From contig VBJI01000079.1 of NCBI GenBank assembly GCA_005880875.1, positions 1 through 63,091 on the forward strand: a stretch of 63,091 nucleotides of DNA, read 5' to 3'. Made by a program: the position numbers and the translations under genes. Positions 31,457-40,108 of the stretch are shown piece after piece. The notes under the pieces are model-generated. The model worked only from the letters and a program-made list of their open reading frames with translations, did no database searches and was not told the origin of the DNA. The stretch's first letter is position 1. Every line of letters begins with the position of its first letter. The stretch is from Chloroflexota bacterium (GTDB lineage: Bacteria; Chloroflexota; Dormibacteria; CF-121).

Positions 31457-31668
31457 TACTGCCAGAACAGGTGGCCGAGGAGCATCCCGATGACCACCGC
31501 CACCACGTAACTGAAGCGGGGGTAGGCGCGCACCACCGACCGGATGAGATTCGTCATCGGATCCTGGCCCTTCCCGAGCGCAATCGTCTCGCTCAACATG
31601 ACGAGAAACAGGATGCCGACGAAGATCGTGACCAGAAGGGAGAGGACCGCGCCAGGATTAATTTGCAG
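31456..31668 (-). CDS. small 2-TM membrane protein, paralog of 31658-31939; apparent CTG (or ATT) start
   Basis: Not in the ORF track because it has no ATG/GTG/TTG. My translation is LQINPGAVLSLLVTIFVGILFLVMLSETIALGKGQDPMTNLIRSVVRAYPRFSYVVAVVIGMLLGHLFWQ*. It aligns residue-for-residue with the upstream paralog. AAGGA lies 9 nt before the CTG, and an in-frame TAA lies just upstream. Confidence 0.45.
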   Translation of the reverse strand: MQINPGAVLSLLVTIFVGILFLVMLSETIALGKGQDPMTNLIRSVVRAYPRFSYVVAVVIGMLLGHLFWQ

Positions 31669-31939
31669 GGTTGCGATTCCTTAGCTGGCTCAGCGGGCGG
31701 GGCGCCGGCGCGAGTCGCCCGGTCGCCGGGCCCCAGAGAAAATGCCCGAGCGTGATGCCCACCAGGATGGCAATCACGAAAACCCATCCAGGGAACGCGT
31801 GCACCGCTTCGCGGAAATAGTCGCTGATCGGCTTGTTCCCGGTGAACAGCGCCCAGGTCTCGAAGATCATCAGCAAGAAGATGGCACCCACAAATGCCGT
31901 GACCAAAAACGAAAACACGTTCCCGCGATTCAGGATCAT
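31658..31939 (-). CDS. small 2-TM membrane protein (93 aa), uncharacterised
   Basis: MILNRGNVFSFLVTAFVGAIFLLMIFETWALFTGNKPISDYFREAVHAFPGWVFVIAILVGITLGHFLWGP... ATGA overlap with the upstream ATPase gene. Confidence 0.55.
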   Translation of the reverse strand: MILNRGNVFSFLVTAFVGAIFLLMIFETWALFTGNKPISDYFREAVHAFPGWVFVIAILVGITLGHFLWGPATGRLAPAPRPLSQLRNRNPAN

Positions 31940-33051
31940 CGCCGGGCACCCTCGATTTCCGCGGGCACCCGCTGAATCGCGGCCACGAACGACTCGGGGG
32001 TGAGCACTCCGCAGAAGCGGGCTCCGTCGAGCACTGCGACCCAGATCGCCTGATGGATGAGCATTTGCGAGAACGCATCGTATAACGTCCGGTCGGCCGA
32101 AATCGTGGCGTCCAGTGGCTGCGCTCGATCGCTCACTCGACCGTCGCCGTCGGCACGCTCCCGGTCCAGTTCCCCAACTGGCCGTCCGTCCTGGTCCAGG
32201 ACGATCGCCCGTCGCCAGGTTCCATCCAGCTGCCGGCGGGCGTCAACAAGGGCGTCATCCGCATGCACCACCGGCGGTTTCTCCAGCGCCCCCAGATCGA
32301 TCGGCGTCACGGAAAGCCGCTTCAGGCCGCGGTCGGGACCGAGCAGCTCGATGACCAGGTCGGTCCCGGGCTTGGCCAGGATCGCGGCCGGGGTATCGTA
32401 CTGGACCAGCTGGCCGAGGTTCATGATGGCGATCCGGTCACCCAGTTTGATGGCTTCGTCGATGTCATGGGTGACGAAGATGACCGTCTTGCGTACCTCG
32501 CGCTGGATACGCAAGAACTCATTCTGTAGGCGCTCCCTGGCAATCCGGTCGATCGCCCCGAACGGCTCATCCATCAGCAGGATCGGGGGATCCGCTCCGA
32601 GAGCCCGCGCCACACCGACCCGCTGGCGCTGGCCGCCGGAGAGCTGGTGCGGGTAGCGCCGCGCGAACTGTCGCGGATCCAGACCGACCAGGTCGAGCAG
32701 CTCGGTGACCCGCCGCTGGATGCGGCTTTTGTCCCAACCCAGCAGCCGGGGAACCGTGGCGACATTGTCGGCGATGGTCATGTGGGGAAAAAGCCCAACG
32801 TTTTGAATGACGTATCCCATCCGCAGCCTGAGGGCGATGGGGTCACCGTGGGTGACGTCCTGTTCGTCGTGAAAAATGCGGCCACCGGTCGGCTCGATCA
32901 ACCGATTGATCATTTTCAGGGTGGTCGTCTTCCCGCAACCCGAGGGTCCCACCAGCATCGTCAACTGGCCCGTCGCGAACTCGATCGAAAGCTCGCGGAC
33001 GGCCACCTGGCCGCCCGGGTAGCGCTTGCTCACCCGTTCAAGCCGAATCAT
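31936..33051 (-). CDS. osmoprotectant (glycine betaine/choline type) ABC transporter ATPase with a tandem CBS C-terminus (OpuCA/ProV-like)
   Basis: GPSGCGKTT, LSGGQRQRVGVARAL, LLMDEPFGAID, then a CBS-pair-like C-terminal region of about 120 aa. Confidence 0.85.
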   Translation of the reverse strand: MIRLERVSKRYPGGQVAVRELSIEFATGQLTMLVGPSGCGKTTTLKMINRLIEPTGGRIFHDEQDVTHGDPIALRLRMGYVIQNVGLFPHMTIADNVATVPRLLGWDKSRIQRRVTELLDLVGLDPRQFARRYPHQLSGGQRQRVGVARALGADPPILLMDEPFGAIDRIARERLQNEFLRIQREVRKTVIFVTHDIDEAIKLGDRIAIMNLGQLVQYDTPAAILAKPGTDLVIELLGPDRGLKRLSVTPIDLGALEKPPVVHADDALVDARRQLDGTWRRAIVLDQDGRPVGELDRERADGDGRVSDRAQPLDATISADRTLYDAFSQMLIHQAIWVAVLDGARFCGVLTPESFVAAIQRVPAEIEGARR

Positions 33052-33106
33052 TAGAAAGTCCTACTGTAAATTGCGGGCGGCTGAGGCGGCTGATAGCATC
33101 GTGCCC

Positions 33107-34402
33107 ATGCTCGCCACCGGGGTCCTCGGGGCAGCGGACGACCCATGGATCCGGTGGGACTGGATTGCCGGTCACATCCCTGTCATCCGCGACGCGCTGA
33201 CGCAGCACATCGAGCTCACCTTGATTGCCGTCGGCATCGGTTTTCTGATCGCGTTGCCGCTTGGACTGATCGCCTGGCGTACGCGAAGGTTGCGGGGTCC
33301 GATCTTCTCAATTACCGGAATTCTTTACACCGTCCCTTCCCTGGCATTGTTCGCGTTGCTGATCCCGTTCACCGGGCTGACCATTCTGACGGCCGAGATC
33401 GGACTCGTCAGCTACACGCTGTTGATTTTGATCCGCAACATCGTGGTCGGCATGGACGCCGTCCCACAAGAGGTGCGCGAGGCGGCCCTCGGGATGGGAT
33501 ATCGACCGCTTGCCGAACTGTTCCGGATCGACATCCCGCTGGCCGTCCCGGCCATCATGGCGGGCATCCGGATCGCCACCGTGACGACTATTGGATTGGT
33601 CACGGTCACCGCTCTGATCGGCGAGGGCGGCCTCGGCAGTTTGATTCTGGACGGATTGATCCGGGACTTCAAAACGCCGCTCGTGGTGGGCACCTTGCTC
33701 TCGATCGCTCTGGCCATCATCGCGGATGTCGGCCTGGCCGGCCTGCAACGCCTGGTCACGCCCTGGTCCCGGGGCCGGGTGATGTCCGGCATCTCGCTAC
33801 TGGCTGCTGCCGTGATCGCCCTGCCGATCGGCATCACGCTCGGGCATTTCGGCCGCGGCGGAAATCTCGCCATCAACGTGTCGAACGTGGGGCGCGCCAT
33901 TCCCTCGTTCGCGATCCTCGTGCTGGCCGTCCAGCTCGTCGGGATCGGCGCGCTGCCCGCCTTCCTGGCGCTCGTGGCCCTCGGCGTGCCGCCAATCCTG
34001 ACCAACAGCTATGTCGGCATGCGGGAAGTCGATCCGGAGGTGCGGGAAGCCGCGACCGGCATGGGGATGCGACAGCGCCTCATCCTCTGGCGCATCGAGC
34101 TGCCGATCGCGCTGCCCCTGATCATGGCCGGTGTTCGTACCTCGGCGGTGAACATCGTGGCCACTGCCACACTGGCCGCCCTGGTGGCCTGGGGCGGGCT
34201 CGGCCGGTTCATCGTCGACGGCCTATCGCAGCGCGACTACGCCCAGCTCTTCGCCGGCGCGCTGCTGGTCGCCCTGCTGTCAACGGCGGTTGAGCTGGGA
34301 CTTGCCGCGGCGCAGCGGCTCGCCACGTCTGAAGGGCTTCGCATTCAGAAATATCCATTGGAGGCTGAGGTGGTGCCGACACCGCAAGCTATGATCGCGT
34401 GA
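33107..34402 (+). CDS. fused double permease of an Opu-type ABC transporter (two BPD_transp_1-like modules in one ORF)
   Basis: Two repeats of the ...EAALGMGYRPLAELFRIDIPLAVPAIMAGIR... / ...EAATGMGMRQRLILWRIELPIALPLIMAGVR... EAA-loop pattern. I chose the start at ATG 33107 to avoid overlapping the divergent ATPase gene. Confidence 0.75.
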   Translation: MLATGVLGAADDPWIRWDWIAGHIPVIRDALTQHIELTLIAVGIGFLIALPLGLIAWRTRRLRGPIFSITGILYTVPSLALFALLIPFTGLTILTAEIGLVSYTLLILIRNIVVGMDAVPQEVREAALGMGYRPLAELFRIDIPLAVPAIMAGIRIATVTTIGLVTVTALIGEGGLGSLILDGLIRDFKTPLVVGTLLSIALAIIADVGLAGLQRLVTPWSRGRVMSGISLLAAAVIALPIGITLGHFGRGGNLAINVSNVGRAIPSFAILVLAVQLVGIGALPAFLALVALGVPPILTNSYVGMREVDPEVREAATGMGMRQRLILWRIELPIALPLIMAGVRTSAVNIVATATLAALVAWGGLGRFIVDGLSQRDYAQLFAGALLVALLSTAVELGLAAAQRLATSEGLRIQKYPLEAEVVPTPQAMIA

Positions 34403-34448
34403 CTCGGTGACGTCTTTATCGACACGAATTTTTGGGAGGTGGAACGTA

Positions 34449-35276
34449 ATGCGGATGGAGCGGATTTTTGTGCTTGGCGCGAGCATGGTCGCGCTGGCAC
34501 TGCTGACGACGTCGTGCGGATCGACAGGTGGGCCATCCAGCTCGACGAGCCAGATCGCCAGTCAGATGACGTTGGGCGGACCTTCCGAATGCCCAACCCG
34601 ACCCTTTTGCGAGCAGGGGCTGACCAGGGTTTACGGCCTGCACTTCAAGGCCTTCAAACCGCTCGATGCCGGTGGTCCGCTGACTAAGGCCGCCCTGGAT
34701 CGCGGTGACATCGACATCGGCTTGATCTTCTCGAGCGACAGTGCCTACTCGACCGGCAAATACGTGCAGCTCCAGGATGACAAGCACCTGCAAAATGCCG
34801 ACAACGTGGTCCCGCTCATCAAGACCAGCAAGGCGTCGGATGACGTGACCTCGCTGCTGAACGACATCGATGGCAAGTTGACGACCACCGACCTGATCGC
34901 CCTCAACAAGAGCTCGGACGTCGACAAACAGGACCCGGATGTGATCGCGAAGAAATGGCTCACGGATCACAGCTACAGCACGTCCTCGTCCGGCACCGCA
35001 AAGGGAACGATCACGGTGGGCGCGCTGAACTTCCCGGAGAGCGCCATCATCGCCCAGATTTATGGCCAGGCGCTGAAGGGTAAGGGGTACACGATCAACT
35101 TCAAGCTGAACCTCGGCGCGCGCGAAGTCGTCGAGCCGGCGCTCGAGCGCGGGGACATCGACCTCTTCCCTGACTACGCCGCGACCGAGCTGGAATTCCA
35201 GAACAAGGCCAAGGGCGAAGCCACGCCTGACGCAGCGGCCACCGTCGCGAAGCTCAACATAGCGCTCGCAGTCTGA
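34449..35276 (+). CDS. OpuAC-family osmoprotectant-binding lipoprotein with reversed segment order
   Basis: SD GGGAGGTGG, then ATG 34449, then lipobox LLTTSC. Residues after the signal match the usual C-terminal half (LGGPSECPTRPFCEQGL..YGL.F...LDAGGPLT...DDKHLQNADNVVPLI). The last 90 aa or so match the usual N-terminal start (GTITVGALNFPESAIIAQIYGQAL...LGAREVVEPALERGDIDLFPDY). Confidence 0.7.
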   Translation: MRMERIFVLGASMVALALLTTSCGSTGGPSSSTSQIASQMTLGGPSECPTRPFCEQGLTRVYGLHFKAFKPLDAGGPLTKAALDRGDIDIGLIFSSDSAYSTGKYVQLQDDKHLQNADNVVPLIKTSKASDDVTSLLNDIDGKLTTTDLIALNKSSDVDKQDPDVIAKKWLTDHSYSTSSSGTAKGTITVGALNFPESAIIAQIYGQALKGKGYTINFKLNLGAREVVEPALERGDIDLFPDYAATELEFQNKAKGEATPDAAATVAKLNIALAV

Positions 35277-35308
35277 GGGAAGGCCTCGCCCTACCGCGAG
35301 GCCTTCCC
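35277..35308 (+). terminator. 12-bp perfect hairpin directly after the binding-protein stop codon
   Basis: gggaaggcctcg-ccctaccg-cgaggccttccc read directly. No U-tract. Confidence 0.5.
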
Positions 35309-35341
35309 AGGCTCGGCCCTTCGACGACATAGAATCGCCCC

Positions 35342-35806
35342 GTGCCCGAGACCTACCACTTCATCACGGATTGGCGCTTTCGGGCTCCCATTCGACGCGT
35401 CTGGGAGGTCGTCCTGGATATCGAGCGGTATCCGGGCTGGTGGAAGAACTTCCGCCGAGTGACGATCACCCGAGGCGACGGACGCTCGATCGGCTCCGTC
35501 ATCGAATGCGAGGTGCGTGGCTCGCTTCCCTACAGCCTCAAATACGCCGTCGAGGTGGTCGAGGCCGAGGAATACCGGCACGTTCTGCTGCGCTCGACCG
35601 GCGACCTCGTCGGCACCGGCCGTTGGGAATTCTCCGAAGCTGACGCGGAGACTCGGGCCGTCTATTACTGGGACGTCGCCACCACCAATCCGATTCTCAA
35701 CCTCCTGGCACCGCTGGCGAAGGGCGCGCTGGCTAGGAACCACGAACAGGTGATGGCCAATGGTTATGCGGCGCTCCGGCCGCACGTCGAAGCGCCGACG
35801 ACCTAA
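35342..35806 (+). CDS. SRPBCC (START/polyketide-cyclase-like) domain protein
   Basis: ...ITDWRFRAPIRRVWEVVLDIERYPGWW... plus the typical length. The family call is from pattern memory. Confidence 0.6.
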   Translation: MPETYHFITDWRFRAPIRRVWEVVLDIERYPGWWKNFRRVTITRGDGRSIGSVIECEVRGSLPYSLKYAVEVVEAEEYRHVLLRSTGDLVGTGRWEFSEADAETRAVYYWDVATTNPILNLLAPLAKGALARNHEQVMANGYAALRPHVEAPTT

Positions 35807-37194
35807 CCGGTTTTCGGGCGGCGACGACGAGCCGCCTCGAAGGCGTCCAGCCGGTCCTTGACGGTCTTCTCATATCCCCGCTCCGACGGGTGGTAATAGG
35901 TCCGGTCCTTGATCGCGTCGGGGAGATGCTGCTGCTCCACCTGGGCCTCCTCGTAGTCGTGGGCATAGCGGTAACCCTTGCCGTAGCCGAGCTTGCGCAT
36001 CAGCGGCGTCGGCGCGTTGCGAAGATGCAGCGGGACGGGGTCGGCTCGGGTCCGTTCGACGTCTTCCTGCACGGTCGTGTAGGCGGCATACAGCGCGTTG
36101 CTCTTCGGCGCGGTGGCGAGGTAGACGACCGCTTGCGCCAATGCCAGGTTCGCCTCCGGCATGCCGATGAAGTGGGCGGCTTGCTGGGCGGCCACCGCCT
36201 GGGTGAGCGCCTGCGGGTCGGCCAGCCCGATGTCCTCCGAGGCGAACCGGATGAGCCGCCGGACGACGTAGAGCGGATCTTCGCCGGCCTCCAGCATGCG
36301 CCCCAACCAGTAGAGAGAGGCGTCCGGATCGCTGTCCCGCAGACTCTTGTGCAGGGCCGAGATGATGTTGTAGTGTTCCTCGCCGGCGCGGTCATAGAGA
36401 AGGTTGCGGCGCTGGACGGCTTCTTCGACCAGGGCGGCGGTCAGCCGGCGCCGCCCCTGGTTTGGCCTCGCCAGCGCGGCGGCAGCCTCCAGTCCGTTGA
36501 GCGCCACCCGGGCGTCGCCGTTCGCGACCCGAATGAGCGCCTTCCTCGCTTCCGCATCCAGGTCGACACGCCGCGCCGCGAGCCCGCGCTCCGGGTCGGC
36601 GACGGCCCGGTCGAGGATCGCACCGACCTGGACGTCGTCCAGCGCGCCGAGCACGAACACCCGGGTCCGTGACAGCAGCGCCGCGTTGACCTCGAATGAC
36701 GGGTTCTCGGTGGTGGCGCCGATCAGCGTGATCACCCCCTCCTCCACAAAGGGCAGGACGGCGTCCTGCTGACCCTTGTTGAAGCGGTGGATTTCGTCGA
36801 TGAAGAGGATGGTTCGCTTTCCCGACTGGGCCCGACGCAGTCGCGCCTCCTCGATATTTCGCCGGAGGTCCGCGACGCCGGCACTGACCGCGCTGAGCGG
36901 CACGAAATGCGAGGACGTGACCCGGGCGATCAGCCGGGCCAGCGTCGTCTTGCCACTTCCGGGCGGTCCCCAGAGGATCATCGATCCGACCCGATCCTCC
37001 TCGATCGCGCGACGCAGCTCGTGCTCCGGTCCAACCAGGTGCTCCTGGCCGACAAACTCATCCAGCGTGCGCGGTCGCATGCGGGCCGCCAGCGGTTGGT
37101 CCTTTGCGACGGCCGCCTCATCGGGGGCGGGAAACAGCGTCTCCTGCGCCACCACCTGACTATAGGGACTGGCCGACCGAATCCCTCGACGCAC
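35803..37194 (-). CDS. rarA: replication-associated recombination protein A (AAA+ RarA/MgsA)
   Basis: LAARMRPRTLDEFVGQEHL...ILWGPPGSGKTTLA...LFIDEIHRFNKGQQD...ATTENPSFEV...YDRAGEEHYNIISALHKSLRDSDPDASLYW... Confidence 0.92.
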   Translation of the reverse strand: MRRGIRSASPYSQVVAQETLFPAPDEAAVAKDQPLAARMRPRTLDEFVGQEHLVGPEHELRRAIEEDRVGSMILWGPPGSGKTTLARLIARVTSSHFVPLSAVSAGVADLRRNIEEARLRRAQSGKRTILFIDEIHRFNKGQQDAVLPFVEEGVITLIGATTENPSFEVNAALLSRTRVFVLGALDDVQVGAILDRAVADPERGLAARRVDLDAEARKALIRVANGDARVALNGLEAAAALARPNQGRRRLTAALVEEAVQRRNLLYDRAGEEHYNIISALHKSLRDSDPDASLYWLGRMLEAGEDPLYVVRRLIRFASEDIGLADPQALTQAVAAQQAAHFIGMPEANLALAQAVVYLATAPKSNALYAAYTTVQEDVERTRADPVPLHLRNAPTPLMRKLGYGKGYRYAHDYEEAQVEQQHLPDAIKDRTYYHPSERGYEKTVKDRLDAFEAARRRRPKTG

Positions 37195-38461
37195 TGCCTG
37201 GGCTGTTCGTCGGCGGCCAGTCCTCGGAGGGAAGGCGCACCTTGCGGAAGAGCAACAAGAATGTCAGGCCGGCGAGCAGGTAAAAAACGGCACTCACCGA
37301 AAAGGCCAGCTGGTAGCCGCCGCGCAGCTGCAGAAAGCCACTCGCAAGTGGACCGATCCCACCGAGCCCGATGCCAGTGACGATGGTTTGCGCGGTTGCC
37401 AGCCGCGCCCGCTGACCGGCCTCGACGTACTCCATACCAAACACCTGACCCAGAGGTGACTGGAGGTTGAGGGCGATTTGCCGGACGTAGAGGATCAAGA
37501 CGGCAACCGGCAGGCTCATCAGGAACGCCAGGGCAAGAATCAGCGGCGCTCCCGCCACCTGGAGGAGGCCGATGGTGCGGGCCATGCCGAGCCGCCGCGA
37601 CACCCTGGGCGCCCCAAGCGTGGTCAACGCGGTCGCCGCCGCCCCGACGGCGAGGATCGCCCCGATGGGCCCCGGCGTCAGGCCGAAACGCTGCAACAGG
37701 TAGAGCTGGATGAAGTTCAAGTACATGCCGGCGCCGATCCCGAGGATCAGGCCGGGCAGCAGGAATCGCGCGAAGCGGACCGTGTCCACTCTCAGCAGGT
37801 CACGAACCGGAAAGACTTTGGTGGGCTTGAGCCCGGCCGCGCCCGCCAGCCGCACCAGGAACGGCATGCTGGTCACCGTCAGGAGTGTCATCGCGACAAA
37901 GGCCGATCGAATCGAGCTCGCGGATGTGCTCGAGGTGTGGGCCAGCCGCGCCGTGGCTTCGGGAATGGCTCCCCCCAGCAGATCGCCAAGCAGCGTCGCG
38001 ATCCACGCCAGGGACTGGTTGACCGCAAAGAGGACGACCCGTTCCGCTTCGCGGCTGACCTGCGCCAGCACCGGGGCTCCCAGCACCTCGAGGATCGTCA
38101 GCCCCAGCGCGAAGCTGCCGGCGGCAAGGACGGCGAGGAGCCGCGCACCGGCTAGAGCCAGCACCAGCGAAGCCAGGACCGCCAGCGCCCCGCTGCCGAT
38201 CAGAAACACGCGGTAGCCGATTCGGTCCGCCAGGGCGGCAAAGGGAAGGCCGATGCCAAGCAACGCGAGCGCGGGGAGCGAATTGAAGATGCCGATGACC
38301 GCGTTGGAAAAACCGAGCGCGCTCATGTAGAGGTTGAAGACGAGATTGAAGATGCCGGAGGCGATCGAGATCAGCAACGAGAAGGCGAGAAACTGCCGAG
38401 CGGCGGGACTGAGTGAGGCAAAGCCGGAGAGCGCGCGGCGAAACGGTGCTCCGGCTTGCAT
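37160..38461 (-). CDS. MFS transporter
   Basis: 433 aa, about 12 TM. ...LADRIGYR... loop between TM2 and TM3. Confidence 0.8.
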   Translation of the reverse strand: MQAGAPFRRALSGFASLSPAARQFLAFSLLISIASGIFNLVFNLYMSALGFSNAVIGIFNSLPALALLGIGLPFAALADRIGYRVFLIGSGALAVLASLVLALAGARLLAVLAAGSFALGLTILEVLGAPVLAQVSREAERVVLFAVNQSLAWIATLLGDLLGGAIPEATARLAHTSSTSASSIRSAFVAMTLLTVTSMPFLVRLAGAAGLKPTKVFPVRDLLRVDTVRFARFLLPGLILGIGAGMYLNFIQLYLLQRFGLTPGPIGAILAVGAAATALTTLGAPRVSRRLGMARTIGLLQVAGAPLILALAFLMSLPVAVLILYVRQIALNLQSPLGQVFGMEYVEAGQRARLATAQTIVTGIGLGGIGPLASGFLQLRGGYQLAFSVSAVFYLLAGLTFLLLFRKVRLPSEDWPPTNSPGSASRDSVGQSL

Positions 38462-38473
38462 CGGCCGAGTCGT

Positions 38474-39280
38474 CTAGGTCCCGGCCGCCCTCGAAGGAGC
38501 TGTCGACGTCGGCTCGGTCGCCGGTTGAATCGCCTGATAGATCTGCCGACCGACCGCCGCCTGCACTACCAATGGGTCGTTGCGGCGGTAATCGAGCCAG
38601 TATCGGACTTCGAGCGTCAGCCCCCCATCGAGGCTCGGTTGCAGGCCGACACGCGGCGGAGGGTCCTTGGCGATATCGGGCCGGCTCTTGAGCTGTTCCT
38701 CGACCCGTTCGGCCAGGCCATCGAGTGCGGCGCCTGCCGGCACCTTGGCCGTCAGCGTAAACAGCCGGGTCGGGTACCGGGTGCGGTTGATGATCGTCCC
38801 CGTGTAGACGAGTGAGTTGGGCGTTATCACCTGCTCGCCTTCGCTCGTCCGCAGCGTCGTGGCCCGCATTTCGATGTTCTCGACGATGCCCGTGTGATTG
38901 TCGACGGTGATCTCGTCGCCGAGGCGAAACGGGCGCTCGAGCAACATGAAGATGCCGGCGATGAAGTTCTTCAGAATGTCCTGAAACGCCAGGCTGATGG
39001 CGAGGGCCAGGAACCCAAACCCTCCAAACACCAGCGCTGGGCTGCCGAACCAGCGGGTGAAAAAGGCGATGAGGCCCAGCAGTACGGTCGCCAGGTACGC
39101 AATCCTGGACACCAGTAAGGCAACTTGTGGGTCGATGTGCGGCCGCGTGAGTTGCTTGCGCAACGCCCCTCGAACCAGGCTCGCGATAACGAAACTGAGT
39201 AAGAGAAGGAGGACGCCCTCGGCGAATCTTGCCCACTCCTCGTCCCAGTGCGCGGTTATCCAAGCCCACATGGCGCCCAT
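38474..39280 (-). CDS. small-conductance mechanosensitive channel (MscS family)
   Basis: ...LAFQDILKNFIAGIFMLLERPFRLGDEITV...GIVENIEMRATTLRTSEGEQVITPNS... Confidence 0.88.
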   Translation of the reverse strand: MGAMWAWITAHWDEEWARFAEGVLLLLLSFVIASLVRGALRKQLTRPHIDPQVALLVSRIAYLATVLLGLIAFFTRWFGSPALVFGGFGFLALAISLAFQDILKNFIAGIFMLLERPFRLGDEITVDNHTGIVENIEMRATTLRTSEGEQVITPNSLVYTGTIINRTRYPTRLFTLTAKVPAGAALDGLAERVEEQLKSRPDIAKDPPPRVGLQPSLDGGLTLEVRYWLDYRRNDPLVVQAAVGRQIYQAIQPATEPTSTAPSRAAGT

Positions 39281-39298
39281 TGTAGGGGCGCTTTGGCT

Positions 39299-39952
39299 TT
39301 AGCTCTCGGGCGGCGCTTCGCCCTCGGCGCCACCCTCCGCGGGCGCCTCGGTCTCGCCAACCGTCGGCACCTCGGCTGCCGCCGGCGCCGGTGCGGCTTC
39401 CTCCACCTCTTCTCGGTGGGCGGCGACCTTGACGATCAGGTCATCGGGCTCGTCGAGGATTTCGCAACCAGGCGGGATCTTCAGGTCCTTCACCCGAATC
39501 TCGTCGTCGATCTCCTTCAGGCCGGAGACGTCGACCGTGATCACCGGTGGCAGGTCGGTCGGCAGACACTCGACCTTCAGGACGTGCAGGCCGCGCTGCA
39601 GATCGGCCTCACCCTTGGCGACCAGCTCCACCTCCCCTTCGATCTCGATCGGGACTTCCGACTCGATCTTCTCGGTGAGGTTGACTTGATAGAAGTCGAC
39701 GTGAAGCAGGTCGCCGTCGCGCGGACTGCGCTGCACCTCGCGGATCAGCGCCTTGCGGACCGGCTCATCGCCGAGCTGAAGGTCGAGGAGCTGATTGCGC
39801 CCCACCTTCTGGAAGGCCTTGACGAATTCGCGGCCGTCGACCACGACGGTAACGGCATCGACGTTGTGGCCGTAGATCACCGCGGGCAACCGGCCCTGCC
39901 GGCGGAGCGCCTGCAGATGCCGGCCCCGGTCGGCACGGGGCTCGAGTTTCAA
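39299..39952 (-). CDS. rplY: 50S ribosomal protein L25 / general stress protein Ctc (long form)
   Basis: ...LRRQGRLPAVIYGHN...LHVDFYQV... with an acidic/Ala-Pro-rich C-terminal extension. Confidence 0.88.
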   Translation of the reverse strand: MKLEPRADRGRHLQALRRQGRLPAVIYGHNVDAVTVVVDGREFVKAFQKVGRNQLLDLQLGDEPVRKALIREVQRSPRDGDLLHVDFYQVNLTEKIESEVPIEIEGEVELVAKGEADLQRGLHVLKVECLPTDLPPVITVDVSGLKEIDDEIRVKDLKIPPGCEILDEPDDLIVKVAAHREEVEEAAPAPAAAEVPTVGETEAPAEGGAEGEAPPES

Positions 39953-40108
39953 CGTTACGGCGGTCGCAGTGGCCAGCGCGTTTCTCCTTCAGCCCGAATT
40001 CGGCGGCGCCAATCTTAACACAGCGTTTGCCGCCTCTTGAACGGCCCTTCACCGGAACTTTTGCGCCGTTTGGCCGTTACTCCAGGTGCAGAATGCCCGT
40101 AAAATGCG

